Part shown: positions 39,740 through 50,550 of the stretch, in pieces
Layout: every line of letters starts with the position of its first letter
How positions within the stretch are numbered: position 1 is the first letter of the stretch
Assembly: GCA_045589295.1 (NCBI GenBank)
Contig: JAZNOU010000013.1
Location: 1 to 64,000, forward strand
Origin: Clostridia bacterium
GTDB taxonomy: Bacteria > Bacillota > Clostridia > RGIG6154
DNA length: 64,000 bases
Direction: 5' to 3'
Translations under genes and position numbers: made by a program
The notes under the pieces: model-generated
Seen by the model: only the letters and a program-made list of their open reading frames with translations
The model's database searches: none
What the model was told of the DNA's origin: nothing

Positions 39740-40154
39740 TTTTTTCTCCGTCTGAATCTTTTTTGCGAACAATCGCCCTTAGTGTTCCATTAACAAATCC
39801 GCCTGCAGATTCGGTGTTATACTTTTTAACAAGTTCTACCGCTTCATAAATCGCAATACTGTCAGGAACATCATCTTTGTACTTAATTTCACAAAGTGCA
39901 AGTCTTAGTGCAGCCTTATCAATTTTTGAAATTCTGTTAAGTGTCCAACTCTTAAGACTTTTTGATAAAATCTCATCTATTGTTTCAATATTTTCATCTA
40001 CACCGAAGACAATCGCTTTTATATACTCCATATCATTTTCGGCAACAGTATTTTGCTCAAAAAAACTATCAATCAACTCTTGTGCTTTACATTTTTGAAT
40101 ATCTGCCTGATATAAAATTTTAAAAGCACTTTCTCTTGATTCTCTTCTTCCCAT
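39729..40154 (-). CDS. nusB: Transcription antitermination factor NusB
   Basis: RRESRE.A...LY, EAVELVKKY, FVNGTL. Confidence 0.93.
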   Translation of the reverse strand: MGRRESRESAFKILYQADIQKCKAQELIDSFFEQNTVAENDMEYIKAIVFGVDENIETIDEILSKSLKSWTLNRISKIDKAALRLALCEIKYKDDVPDSIAIYEAVELVKKYNTESAGGFVNGTLRAIVRKKDSDGEKSEE

Positions 40155-40312
40155 TGTAAACTCCTTCTTCGTTTTATAACGAAACCAAAATATATCAATA
40201 TAATTATACAACAAAAATTTATAAAAATAAAGGTTTTTAAGAAAATTTGTCTAATAAATATATTATTAAAAATTGCAAATACTATAAAAAATACTGAAAA
40301 GAGGTTTTTAAA

Positions 40313-40843
40313 ATGAATTTATGGCATGATATGCCGCAAACCCGTATTACTCCGGAGCAGTTTGATGCGGTTATCGAAATCTCAAAATACAGCAAATCAA
40401 AATATGAACTTGACAAAGAAACCGGACATCTTAAGTTAGACCGAGTTTTGCACACATCGACTCACTACCCTGCAAATTATGGTTTTATTCCAAAAACTTA
40501 CGCAGATGACGACGACCCGCTGGATGTTTTGGTTTTATGCTCAGAAACAATACTTCCGATGTCTTTAGTTTCATGCAGACCCATCGGCGTTATTTCAATG
40601 ATTGATAACGATTCATCTGATGAAAAAATTATAGCGGTTGCATCAGGTGATCCAACTTATAATGGCTATACCGATATATCCCAGCTCCCAAAACACATTT
40701 TTGATGAAATGGCACATTTTTTCTCAGTTTATAAAGCCTTGGAACACACAACTACCACCGTGGACAGCATTGAAGGAAAAGATGTTGCATGCTACATCAT
40801 CAAAAAAAGTATTGATAATTATGCAAAAAACTTTGGCAAATAA
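40313..40843 (+). CDS. ppa: Family I inorganic pyrophosphatase
   Basis: KYELDK, YPANYGFIP.T..DD.DPLD, DEKII, FF.VYK.LE. Confidence 0.92.
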   Translation: MNLWHDMPQTRITPEQFDAVIEISKYSKSKYELDKETGHLKLDRVLHTSTHYPANYGFIPKTYADDDDPLDVLVLCSETILPMSLVSCRPIGVISMIDNDSSDEKIIAVASGDPTYNGYTDISQLPKHIFDEMAHFFSVYKALEHTTTTVDSIEGKDVACYIIKKSIDNYAKNFGK

Positions 40844-40862
40844 TTTAAAAGTCAGTGTTAAA

Positions 40863-41657
40863 TTACACTGACTTTATTTTTATGCTTATTTCACCTGAAG
40901 ATAAAACACCTTTCTCACCGGAAGGATATTTTACAATTAATCTGCACTCATCATCAATCCCTATACAAAAAGCATCTTTTTCAACGCCGTTTGAAATAAC
41001 TGTTACCTCTTCTCCCACCACAAAAGATAGCGAAATATATTCTTTCACATATTCTTTTTTTGTTAAATTTTTATAATAATCATAAAAATTATCCAGAATT
41101 TTTGCCAATAGTTTATTTCTCATACCATCGGCATTATTATCAAAAACGGCACCAGCAATATCTTTAATTTCATTTTTAAATCCATTTTCGGGGTAAAACG
41201 CATTTATACCTATCCCAAGCACTGCATAATCAAGGTATTTCTCATTTTTTATTCCCGCTTCTGTTAAAATGCCACAAACCTTTTTGCTGCCAACAAAAAC
41301 ATCATTAACCCATTTGATTTTTGCATTTTTTCCTGAAACCTCTTTAATAGCCTTTGCAACTGCGGTTGCAGCAGCTGTTGTTATTAAAATCGAGTCTTTA
41401 GGTAAAAGTATTGGTCTTAAAATCACACTAAAATATAATCCTGTTGTTTCCTGAGAAAAAAAGTTTCTTCCAAGACGCCCCTTCCCGTTTGACTGTGAAA
41501 GTGCAACCAAAACTTTTCCTTCTAGCTCTCCTTGTTTTGCAACACTTTTCAGCACATCATTTGTAGATGTTGTGCTACGTATAATTTCGATATTATAAAA
41601 GTCTTTGCTTTTAAGCTCTTTTAAAATTCCTTCTAAGCTAAAATTCACTACAATCAC
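40863..41657 (-). CDS. birA: Biotin-protein ligase without N-terminal HTH (class I)
   Basis: STN, Q..GKGRLGR, KWVND, KVCGIL, GIGIN, SGEIS. Confidence 0.9.
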   Translation of the reverse strand: MIVVNFSLEGILKELKSKDFYNIEIIRSTTSTNDVLKSVAKQGELEGKVLVALSQSNGKGRLGRNFFSQETTGLYFSVILRPILLPKDSILITTAAATAVAKAIKEVSGKNAKIKWVNDVFVGSKKVCGILTEAGIKNEKYLDYAVLGIGINAFYPENGFKNEIKDIAGAVFDNNADGMRNKLLAKILDNFYDYYKNLTKKEYVKEYISLSFVVGEEVTVISNGVEKDAFCIGIDDECRLIVKYPSGEKGVLSSGEISIKIKSV

Positions 41658-41689
41658 CTTTTACATTTTAACACCTAACAACAAAAGTG

Positions 41690-42796
41690 TCAAACTAAAA
41701 GCAAAGATAACAACAGGTTAAAATTATCCCAAATTGTGGGTATATACAAAATTTCAACATTGTTTGCAGAAACAAGCCTCACTTCTTCAACCTTTTTTTC
41801 GTTTAAATATATTTCAGCAAAGCCTAGCATTTGCCCAGCAGATATTGGAGCTTTAATTTTTTTTGTGACATTTAATTTAACTTCAACTTTATCGTTTTTT
41901 AACAAAGGCAAATGTATGTCTTTTTCTGCTAATAACGTAACTGTATTTTCAGTTCCGTTTTCCACGAACATTTCTGACAAAATTTCATCTTTTTTAACAA
42001 CTTGTATGCTTTTTAAATTCTCAAAACCCCAGTCAAGCATTTTAGTATGGTCATCCCAATCATTGGGCGCATTTAATGTTACCGCTATAAGTCTTGTTCC
42101 ATTTTTTACAGCAGATGACACAAGACATCTTCCGCATTTTTTTGTAAACCCAGTTTTTACCCCGTCTGCCCCCTCATAAAGAGTAAGCAGTTTATTGTGA
42201 TTTTTAAGTGTTCGATCCCATTGATGATTTTCCCACGGAATAGTTTTTTTCTTGGTTTTTACAATTTCTCTAAATTGCTCGTTTTCCATTGCATAAGCTG
42301 TTATTTTCGCCAGGTCATAAGCGGTTGTAAAGTGTCCCTCTTCATCAAGTCCGTTTGGGTTTTTAAAAGAAGAATTTTTTGCTCCAGCTTTTTGAGCTGT
42401 TTCGTTCATCAAAAGCGCAAACTTTTCAGTATCCTCTGAAATGTGTTCTGCGATTGCAATTGCTGCATCATTTCCCGAAGACAACATAAGACCATAAAGC
42501 AAATTATAAAGTGTTTGTTTTTCCCCTTCTTCAAGCCAAACAGAAGAACCTTCAACATCTGCTGCTTTTTTGCTAACTGTAACAATATCATTAAGATTCC
42601 CGTTTTCAAGTGCAGTTATAGCTGTAACTATTTTAGTTGTACTTGCCATTCCACGTTTTTCATCTTTGTTTTTTTCAAAAATTACTCTACCGCTTACAGG
42701 TTCGTAGAGAACTCCGCTTTGTGCAGAAATTTCAAGTGCATTTACACAAACTGGTAACAACAAAACTGTTAAAAACAAACTCACAATATATTTCAT
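41690..42796 (-). CDS. D-alanyl-D-alanine carboxypeptidase (DacB/DacF-like, S11)
   Basis: Signal peptide, SxxK (STTK), SGN, KTG, C-terminal amphipathic tail. Confidence 0.9.
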   Translation of the reverse strand: MKYIVSLFLTVLLLPVCVNALEISAQSGVLYEPVSGRVIFEKNKDEKRGMASTTKIVTAITALENGNLNDIVTVSKKAADVEGSSVWLEEGEKQTLYNLLYGLMLSSGNDAAIAIAEHISEDTEKFALLMNETAQKAGAKNSSFKNPNGLDEEGHFTTAYDLAKITAYAMENEQFREIVKTKKKTIPWENHQWDRTLKNHNKLLTLYEGADGVKTGFTKKCGRCLVSSAVKNGTRLIAVTLNAPNDWDDHTKMLDWGFENLKSIQVVKKDEILSEMFVENGTENTVTLLAEKDIHLPLLKNDKVEVKLNVTKKIKAPISAGQMLGFAEIYLNEKKVEEVRLVSANNVEILYIPTIWDNFNLLLSLLLV

Positions 42797-42836
42797 ACAA
42801 ACAACTCCTGTTTTTATGAAATTATATGCTCACAAA

Positions 42837-43109
42837 CTATATTGAATACAATTCTTCAACAAATTCCTCACAAATTTCTTTAAAGTTTATTAAAGTAACC
42901 TGCTCATTACACAAAACATTTATAAAGTCCAATATTTCATTTTCATCATCCCAAATGTCCTGCACTTCTTCAGTTTGACATTTTAAAACATCTTTGACAG
43001 CAATACCATAAGTTGTAACGATACCATCTTCCGTTTCGTGATTTGTCTTTGATATGTAATATTCAAAGTCACCAACATTATCAACGTGACACGTGCTTAC
43101 AAATTTCAT
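42837..43109 (-). CDS. Small acidic protein, DUF6514-like
   Basis: YGI.V...E.V.DI..D...I..F...L....VT......I.EEF pattern; upstream of the dac gene. Confidence 0.65.
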   Translation of the reverse strand: MKFVSTCHVDNVGDFEYYISKTNHETEDGIVTTYGIAVKDVLKCQTEEVQDIWDDENEILDFINVLCNEQVTLINFKEICEEFVEELYSI

Positions 43110-43460
43110 AACATTTCCCCTTTAAAATTGTTAAATTTTGTAACACTTTTATTGTATAGTATTTCTTCACAAAAAGACAAAATCTAAATTCAGGGTATTT
43201 TTATGCGGTTAGCGTCTATATAAAGATATTTTCATACATTTTCTTGTTTTTTCTTTTAATTTTTATCATATTTATCATATTTTAATTTTTGCTATTGTTG
43301 TTTCACAGTCATAAAATGCTTTAAATAGCCATATAAACACATTTTTATATATTGTTAAACATTTTTTGACATAATATTATTTTTTTGTTATTTTTTCATA
43401 TTTTAACACTTTTTTAATATTTTAATAAAAAAATATGCGGCTTTTGGCCGCATATTCATT

Positions 43461-44834
43461 TTATTTTTTTCTTTTTTCTTTAATTCTTTGTATCTGAATA
43501 CTTACCGCATCCGGTGAAGGACCGCCCTCAGAAGTTCTTTTTGAAACACATGTTTCAAGACTTATTGCCTCAAAAACATCCTGCTCAAAATTATCATTGA
43601 ACTTTTTAAATGTATCTAGCGGCAAATCCTCTAACACTGTATCATTTTCAATACAATATGCCACCAACATCCCTGAAACCTTATAAGCGTCTCTGAAAGG
43701 TACACCTTTTTTGGTCAGATAATCTGCAACATCTGTTGCATTTATAAAGCCTTTTGATGCGGCTTTTCTCATATTATCCTCCAATACTCTTACAGTATCA
43801 AGCATAGGAATAAATGTAATAAGGCATTCTTTTAAGGTATCAACTGCATCAAAGATTGCTTCTTTATCTTCCTGCATATCCTTGTTATATGCAAGCGGCA
43901 AGCCTTTCATCATTGTAAGAAGTGTTATTAAATCACCGAAAACTCTGCCCGTTTTTCCTCGTATAAGCTCTGTCACATCAGGATTTTTCTTTTGTGGCAT
44001 AATTGATGAACCTGTTGAGAAAGCGTCATCAAGCTCTATAAACTTAAACTCTGAGCTGCACCAGAGAATAATTTCTTCAGAAAATCTTGAAAGATGCATC
44101 ATAACGATTGAAATACATGATGCAAGTTCTATACAAAAATCTCTGTCAGATACACCATCTAAACTATTTTGACACACGCCATTAAAACCAAGTGTATCAT
44201 TAACCATTTGTCTGTTTATCGGATATGTTGTGCCCGCCAAAGCGCAACTTCCCAACGGAAGATATTTAATTCTTCCTTTGCATTCTTCAAGTCTTTCAAC
44301 ATCTCTTAAAAGCATCTGAACATATGCTAAAAGATGATGCGCAAAAGTAATCGGCTGTGCTCTTTGAAGATGTGTATACCCTGGCATTACCACATTTTTG
44401 TATTTTTCAGCCTTTTCTACCAAAGTATCTATAAGTTCATTTACAAGTGCCAAAAGTTCATCAGTTTCTTCTGAAAGATACAGTCTTATATCAAGAGCTA
44501 CCTGGTCATTTCTACTTCTTGCAGTGTGCAATCTTTTACCTGCATCACCTATTCTTTTGGTAAGCTCAGACTCAATAAACATATGAATGTCTTCTGCGTC
44601 ATTGTCAAAAGCAAGCTTGCCTTGTTCTATATCTTCTAAGATACCCTGTAACCCATTTAATATTTTCTCAACATCTTCTCCGCTTATAATTCCTGTTGCA
44701 CCAAGCATTTTAGCATGCGCCATACTACCCTCAATATCATTTTTATACATTCTTGAATCAAAGCTTAATGAAGAATTAAAGCTGTTAACTCTGTTATCAG
44801 TATCCTTTGAAAAACGGCCTGCCCATAACTTCAT
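43461..44834 (-). CDS. argH: Argininosuccinate lyase
   Basis: LWAGRF, RSRNDQ, YTHLQRAQP, GSSIMPQKKNPD. Confidence 0.96.
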   Translation of the reverse strand: MKLWAGRFSKDTDNRVNSFNSSLSFDSRMYKNDIEGSMAHAKMLGATGIISGEDVEKILNGLQGILEDIEQGKLAFDNDAEDIHMFIESELTKRIGDAGKRLHTARSRNDQVALDIRLYLSEETDELLALVNELIDTLVEKAEKYKNVVMPGYTHLQRAQPITFAHHLLAYVQMLLRDVERLEECKGRIKYLPLGSCALAGTTYPINRQMVNDTLGFNGVCQNSLDGVSDRDFCIELASCISIVMMHLSRFSEEIILWCSSEFKFIELDDAFSTGSSIMPQKKNPDVTELIRGKTGRVFGDLITLLTMMKGLPLAYNKDMQEDKEAIFDAVDTLKECLITFIPMLDTVRVLEDNMRKAASKGFINATDVADYLTKKGVPFRDAYKVSGMLVAYCIENDTVLEDLPLDTFKKFNDNFEQDVFEAISLETCVSKRTSEGGPSPDAVSIQIQRIKEKRKK

Positions 44835-44892
44835 AATTAATCTCCTTTAAAAGTTATTGCACTGCCCTTTTTTAAAGAGCAGTGCTAAAATA

Positions 44893-46113
44893 TTAGTCTA
44901 ATTTACCTAATTTCTGATTGAGTTTTGCCTGAACCTTAATTGGAAGACCAAAGAGGTTGATAAAGCCCTGTGAATCCATCTGATCGTAATCTTCATCTTC
45001 ATCAAACGAAGCAGTAACTTCATCGTAAAGTGAATATGGGCTTTCTAATGATGCATTAATAATGTTACCTTTGTAAAGTTTTAATTTCACTGTACCTGTA
45101 ACAGTTTCCTGTGTTGAGTCAACAAATGCACAGATTGCTTCACGAAGAGGTGTATACCACTGACCGTTATACACAAGGTCAGCCATTTTCTGTGAAACAG
45201 TTTCTTTAAAGTGCATTGTTTCTTTATCAAGACAGAGTGTTTCCAAAACTGAATGAGCGTGATAAAGAATTGTTCCACCAGGAGTTTCGTAAACGCCTCT
45301 AGATTTCATACCAACCAAACGGTTTTCAACGATATCAATAATACCAACACCGTTTCTTCCGCCAATTTTGTTAAGTTCTTTAATCATTGAAACGCCATCC
45401 ATAGCCATGCCGTTAAGTTTAACAGGGATACCTTTTTCAAAATCAATTGTAACATATTCCGGTGTGTCAGGTGCTTGTTCAGGTGAAACACCAAGTTCTA
45501 AGATTTTATCATACATTGGTTCATTTTTCGGACTTTCCAAATCAAGACCTTCGTGTGATAAGTGCCAGAGGTTTTTATCTTTTGAATAGTTTGTTTCTCT
45601 GGTAATCTTAAGCGGAATATTTCTTTCTTCTGCATATTTGATTTCATCTTCACGAGATTTAAGTTCCCATGTTCTCCAAGGAGCGATGATACCCATATCA
45701 GGAGCAAAAGCTTTTATGGTAAGTTCAAAACGAACCTGGTCATTACCTTTACCTGTGCAACCATGAGCAATAGCTTCGCACCCTTCAGCTTTTGCGATTT
45801 CAACAAGTCTTTTTGCAATCAAAGGACGTGCAAATGATGTTCCTAAAAGATATGTTCCTTCATATTTAGCGCCAGCTTTAAGTGTAGGCCAAATAAAATC
45901 TTCAACAAATTCTTTTGTTAAATCTTCTATGTAAAGTTTGCTTGCGCCTGTTTTGATAGCTTTTTCTTCCAAGCCTTCAAGCTCCGATTCCTGACCAACG
46001 TCAGCTGCAACTGCAATAACTTCACAGCCGTAGTTTTCTTTAAGCCATGGAATAATGATTGATGTATCCAATCCGCCTGAATATGCAAGCAATACTTTCT
46101 TATACTGTTTCAT
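44893..46113 (-). CDS. argG: Argininosuccinate synthase
   Basis: [34 protein letters not shown]; start moved to MKQYKK. Confidence 0.96.
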   Translation of the reverse strand: MKQYKKVLLAYSGGLDTSIIIPWLKENYGCEVIAVAADVGQESELEGLEEKAIKTGASKLYIEDLTKEFVEDFIWPTLKAGAKYEGTYLLGTSFARPLIAKRLVEIAKAEGCEAIAHGCTGKGNDQVRFELTIKAFAPDMGIIAPWRTWELKSREDEIKYAEERNIPLKITRETNYSKDKNLWHLSHEGLDLESPKNEPMYDKILELGVSPEQAPDTPEYVTIDFEKGIPVKLNGMAMDGVSMIKELNKIGGRNGVGIIDIVENRLVGMKSRGVYETPGGTILYHAHSVLETLCLDKETMHFKETVSQKMADLVYNGQWYTPLREAICAFVDSTQETVTGTVKLKLYKGNIINASLESPYSLYDEVTASFDEDEDYDQMDSQGFINLFGLPIKVQAKLNQKLGKLD

Positions 46114-46140
46114 TTTAACTCCTGCTTTCTTAAATAATTT

Positions 46141-46250
46141 TGAATAGAGTATACACCCTTTTTGCATAAAAGTCAAGTGTTTTTTAGAAAAATATGCAAA
46201 TTTTTTTACAAAAATTGTATATTTTATCATTTTTAGTGTGTTTTTATGCA
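46141..46250 (-). promoter_or_regulatory. argGH promoter with ARG-box-like sites
   Basis: TTGACT-17-TATACT on minus; TGCATAAAAGTCAA over the -35 and TGCATAAAAACACA (reverse complement of 46237-46250) resemble TGMATWWWWATDCA. Confidence 0.55.
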
Positions 46251-46311
46251 TATTAGTGCTACATATACACTTTTGTGAATAAAATTATACAAAAATTATA
46301 AGGAGTTTTTT

Positions 46312-47229
46312 ATGTTAAGGCTTTTAATTCCTGTTTTTATTTATATCGGAGCGATAGTTGGTGCAGGGTTTGCATCAGGCCAGGAAATTGCAGTTTTTTT
46401 CGGAACTGATTCATCAGGGTTTGGGATACCAATTGCAGGTTTTTTATTCACAATCTGTGCTTACAGAATTTTTTGTGATGTCAACAAGTATGGCATTTCT
46501 TCCTACACAGAATATCTTGAAGAAAAAACTTATTTCTTAGCACCTTTTTTTAAAACTGTTTCTGCTCTTTTTTGTTGTGCTTCGTACGGGATAATGGTTT
46601 GCGGAGTTAATTCCGTTTTACAAAACTACAATATGAATTATGGCGGATTAATTTTTGCACTCTTTTGCTTTGTGATTTTTATGTTTGATTTAAAAGGTGT
46701 TGCAGTAATTAACATAATTTCCACTCCAATTATTATTATTGGTATGCTTTCTGTAGGATTTAAAAGCATTCCTGTTTTTGCAGTGCAAACTTTAAAAACT
46801 ACATATTATGCCGCATACAACATGCTTGCCTGTCTCCCCGTTCTGTGTGGCCTTAATGTTTATATAAAAAATAAAAAGCAATCCCTTTTTATTGCACTTA
46901 CGAGTGGTTTTATTTTAACCTTTCTTATGTTAATTGTTAACATCATAACTCCCCTTGATTATGGTGAAATGCCTATGCTTGTTCAGGCAAGAAATGTAAA
47001 TATGGATGTTTTGTATTCTCTCGTCTTAATTCTTGCAATGCTCACAACCGCTGTTTCAAACGGATTCGGTTTTGTAAAATCAACAAACATAAAACCCATT
47101 TACTCAAATATCCTTCTCTTTGTAACTGCCCTTGTTATGCTGTCGTTTGGATTTGCACCGCTGGTTGAAAAAGTATTTGTTTTCTTCGGCGCATTAAGCA
47201 CTGCACTTTTATTTTTTATTTTATTTTAA
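46312..47229 (+). CDS. YkvI-like membrane protein
   Basis: YIGAIVGAGFASGQEI..FF N-terminal motif, YAAYN, AMLTTA; multiple TM. Confidence 0.8.
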   Translation: MLRLLIPVFIYIGAIVGAGFASGQEIAVFFGTDSSGFGIPIAGFLFTICAYRIFCDVNKYGISSYTEYLEEKTYFLAPFFKTVSALFCCASYGIMVCGVNSVLQNYNMNYGGLIFALFCFVIFMFDLKGVAVINIISTPIIIIGMLSVGFKSIPVFAVQTLKTTYYAAYNMLACLPVLCGLNVYIKNKKQSLFIALTSGFILTFLMLIVNIITPLDYGEMPMLVQARNVNMDVLYSLVLILAMLTTAVSNGFGFVKSTNIKPIYSNILLFVTALVMLSFGFAPLVEKVFVFFGALSTALLFFILF

Positions 47230-47236
47230 AAAGGTA

Positions 47237-47293
47237 TTGACAACTCCCGATTTTTGGTTTATACTCAAAGTGTACTATAGCATAATAGTACAC
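47237..47293 (+). promoter_or_regulatory. SigA promoter with YtrA-type operator
   Basis: TTGACA(47237)-17-TATACT(47260); palindrome GTGTACTAT-agcata-ATAGTACAC at 47270-47293. Confidence 0.8.
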
Positions 47294-47313
47294 AATAGAA
47301 AGGAGGCGATAAT

Positions 47314-47688
47314 ATGTTTGGAATTACATTGGAAGGAACAGAACCTATGCACGAGCAGCTGTCAAACTCAATTAAAAAGCTGGTCATAACAGGCATTTTA
47401 CAAAAGGACTCTCCTCTCCCATCTGTAAGAGAACTCGCTTTAGACCTTGCAATCAATCCAAACACAGTTCAAAAGGCTTATTCATTTTTAGAGCAACAAG
47501 GTATTACATACTCTGTAAGCGGCAAAGGCAGATTTGTTGCAGTAAGTGCATCTCATTTAAAAAAAATGTCGCAAAATGAAATATTGAATTCTGTTTCAAC
47601 TCAAATCAAGGCACTTAAAAACCTTGAAATGAGTATTGATGAATTAAAAGCCGAAATTGAAAAAATATACGAGGAGGAAAACAAATGA
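47314..47688 (+). CDS. GntR family (YtrA subfamily) repressor
   Basis: LPSVRELA.DL.INPNTVQKAY..LE..G...GKG.FV; short C-terminal helix. Confidence 0.92.
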   Translation: MFGITLEGTEPMHEQLSNSIKKLVITGILQKDSPLPSVRELALDLAINPNTVQKAYSFLEQQGITYSVSGKGRFVAVSASHLKKMSQNEILNSVSTQIKALKNLEMSIDELKAEIEKIYEEENK

Positions 47689-48584
47689 TTGAAATAAAAA
47701 ACGTAACACACAAATATGAAAAAGAAACAGTCTTAGAAAACCTGTGTTCCAGCATAAAAGAAGGCAGTATCTACGGGTTGATTGGCTCCAATGGTGCGGG
47801 TAAATCAACACTTTTAAATATAATTGACGGAATTTTCAAACCTCTTTCAGGCGAAGTTTTGATAAATGGAAAACCTACATATGAAAACCCCGTTTTAAAA
47901 GATAAAATTGCATATGTGCCTGACGATCCGTTTTTCTTTAATTCTTATACTATGGATGAAATGGCAAAATATTTAAGCTTGGTATTTGAGTCATTTACAA
48001 TTAAAAAGTATGAAGAAATAAAAGCCTACTTCCCTCTTGAATCAAATAAAAAAATGAACACATTTTCAAAGGGTATGAAAAGACAAGCTGCAATTATTTT
48101 TGCTCTTTCGCAAAGTCCAAAGCTTATGCTCTGTGACGAATGTTTTGATGGGTTGGATCCTGTTGTAAAACAACTTGTTAAGAGAATTATAATATCGGAA
48201 GTTGAAAAAAACAATATGACCGTTATTATTTCTTCCCACAACTTAAAAGAGATAGAAAACCTTTGCGATGTTATTGGGATTCTTCATAACAAGCAAATCA
48301 TTTTGGAAAGAAGTATTGAAGACATAAAAGAAGTTGTAAACAAGTTCCAGATAGCATTCAAAGAAGCCCCTGATGGCGATATTTTTGAAGGAATTGATAT
48401 TATTTCAAAGCAAACAAAAGGTAGCATTACAGAACTTGTAACAAGGGGCAACAAAACTTTGATAAAATCCCAGCTTGAAAGCTTAAACCCTGTTATTTTA
48501 GACACACTACCACTTAATCTTGAAGATATATTTATTTACGAAATGGAGGCAAACGGATATGACTTCTCTAAAATTCTCGTATAG
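47685..48584 (+). CDS. ABC transporter ATP-binding protein (YtrB-like)
   Basis: GSNGAGKST, FSKGMK, CDECFDGLD, SSH. Confidence 0.92.
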   Translation: MIEIKNVTHKYEKETVLENLCSSIKEGSIYGLIGSNGAGKSTLLNIIDGIFKPLSGEVLINGKPTYENPVLKDKIAYVPDDPFFFNSYTMDEMAKYLSLVFESFTIKKYEEIKAYFPLESNKKMNTFSKGMKRQAAIIFALSQSPKLMLCDECFDGLDPVVKQLVKRIIISEVEKNNMTVIISSHNLKEIENLCDVIGILHNKQIILERSIEDIKEVVNKFQIAFKEAPDGDIFEGIDIISKQTKGSITELVTRGNKTLIKSQLESLNPVILDTLPLNLEDIFIYEMEANGYDFSKILV

Positions 48585-50463
48585 CAAAAACCTATTTAAA
48601 GAAAGCCTGAAGCAGAATAGGCACATTATTATAATGCACACAATACTGCTTCTTTTAGCAACTATACTCCCTGCACAAATTACACTTGCCAACCTTGCTG
48701 AAAGAGTTAAGGAATATTATCCTACAATTATAAATATGCGCGCTGATTATACATACCTTATTTCAGGCTTCTCTGCATTTACTATGATTGTTATGTGCCT
48801 TGCCTCGTTTGCAACAACAAGTTTTTCTTATCTTTACAGCTCACGCTCTGCTATTTTTTACGGCTCACTCCCATATAAGAAAAGCACAATGTTTTTTGTA
48901 AGATACCTTTCGGGCATAATTTCCCTTTTAATCCCTGTTATTATTTGTTACATAGTTAACGCATTTGTATTTTTAGGACACAGCCAACTTTTGGGTGGTG
49001 TTGATTTTATTTGGTATACAAACAATTGGTTGTTTGTAACACTTACCTATATTTTAATTTACTCGCTTTGCACGTTTGCAGCAAATCTTTCATGTAACAC
49101 CTTTGCCCAGCTTATTATAATGGGTGCTGTGATTTTAGTTTACCCGTCGGTTGTATTCATTTTATCTGAAACTGTAAATGTAATGATGGACACTTATATG
49201 GTTGAATACTACCTAAACGCATTTTACCTGTTTCCGCCTTTTGCGACTGTATTTCACGGAAGCGATATAAACTTCACTGTTACAACAATAATTGCTTTAG
49301 CTGAGTGTGTAGTTTTAACAGCACTTGGATATGTTGGTTTTATCAAAAGAAAAACTGAAAAGGTCAACAACTTTTTTGCATTTTCTTCAATAAACGGAAT
49401 TTTAAAATATTTTATAACATTCCTCTGTTCTGCAGGCTTTGGACTTTTACTTGCAGCCGCAAACAGAAACAACAAAGAAATTGCATACATTGGCTATATA
49501 GTATTTGGATTTGTAGGATATGCTATAATTCAGATGATTTTTGAAAAAACTCCAAAAGCGATGTTTAAAAATATGAAAGGCTTAGCAATATTTTTGTTAA
49601 TTATCTCGGTTTTAGCGACAGTTCCTGTGTTTGACATTTTAAATCTTGACAAAAAAATGCCAAACCCTGAAAAACTTGAAAAAGTGAAAATCACCAAGAT
49701 TGACGCTGCAACTTCATACTGGAATACAGGAACAGAAATAACATTAACCGAACCTGAAAGTATCAAAGCTGCCTGCGATCTGTTTGCAAATGGCGGAGTT
49801 AAGAAAATCAACAACGGACATCAGTTCAGATTAACTCCTGACAACTCTGTTTTCACAAGACGCACATATAACTTAAGCATTGAAGATACTATTGAATTTT
49901 TAAATTCAGTTTATGACAACAAAGACTACAAAGAGGCTCTTACAATTGATAAGGACAAAATTTTCAATACTGCAATCGGTAATGGAAAAATTTACTACAA
50001 TTTCTTTGTAAACAAAAACGCTTTTTACGACAAGAAAAGACCTGAAGGCAGACAACCATATGAACAGCTTGTAGATGCATATAACAAAGACATTTTAAGC
50101 ACGAAAGCAAGCGATGTTGATTTTACGGAAATTTATGCAATTCTCAACACACCGACCGGTGATGCCGTGATATTCAAGGAATATAAAAACACAATAGCAG
50201 TTTTGGAAAAAGACTTTTTAACAACACCTGACTATAATTCATTCAAAAAAATCGAACTTCTGAATTCTGAAAATTCTTCAGTTGAACACACAATAACCGA
50301 TCCTGATAAAATCAAACTTATAGTTGACAACATCAGCGATTATTACTACAATGACGGCAGTTCAAAAGGTTATCATATTGGGTACGAAACTGTAACAGGT
50401 GAACAGGTTAAACATATTGCTTGGATCGATAAAGACATTCTTATAAAACACAATATTCTGTAA
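48559..50463 (+). CDS. ABC-2-type permease with large C-terminal soluble domain
   Basis: About 10 TM, FSYLYS...FY.SLP motif; GGAGG RBS before MTSLK. Confidence 0.75.
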   Translation: MTSLKFSYSKNLFKESLKQNRHIIIMHTILLLLATILPAQITLANLAERVKEYYPTIINMRADYTYLISGFSAFTMIVMCLASFATTSFSYLYSSRSAIFYGSLPYKKSTMFFVRYLSGIISLLIPVIICYIVNAFVFLGHSQLLGGVDFIWYTNNWLFVTLTYILIYSLCTFAANLSCNTFAQLIIMGAVILVYPSVVFILSETVNVMMDTYMVEYYLNAFYLFPPFATVFHGSDINFTVTTIIALAECVVLTALGYVGFIKRKTEKVNNFFAFSSINGILKYFITFLCSAGFGLLLAAANRNNKEIAYIGYIVFGFVGYAIIQMIFEKTPKAMFKNMKGLAIFLLIISVLATVPVFDILNLDKKMPNPEKLEKVKITKIDAATSYWNTGTEITLTEPESIKAACDLFANGGVKKINNGHQFRLTPDNSVFTRRTYNLSIEDTIEFLNSVYDNKDYKEALTIDKDKIFNTAIGNGKIYYNFFVNKNAFYDKKRPEGRQPYEQLVDAYNKDILSTKASDVDFTEIYAILNTPTGDAVIFKEYKNTIAVLEKDFLTTPDYNSFKKIELLNSENSSVEHTITDPDKIKLIVDNISDYYYNDGSSKGYHIGYETVTGEQVKHIAWIDKDILIKHNIL

Positions 50464-50550
50464 TTATTACGGGCGGCCGGCAGAGTCGCCCAAACATTTT
50501 GTTGTATTTTAAAGATTTTTTTGATATAATTAAAAAAGGAGGTTTTACTT

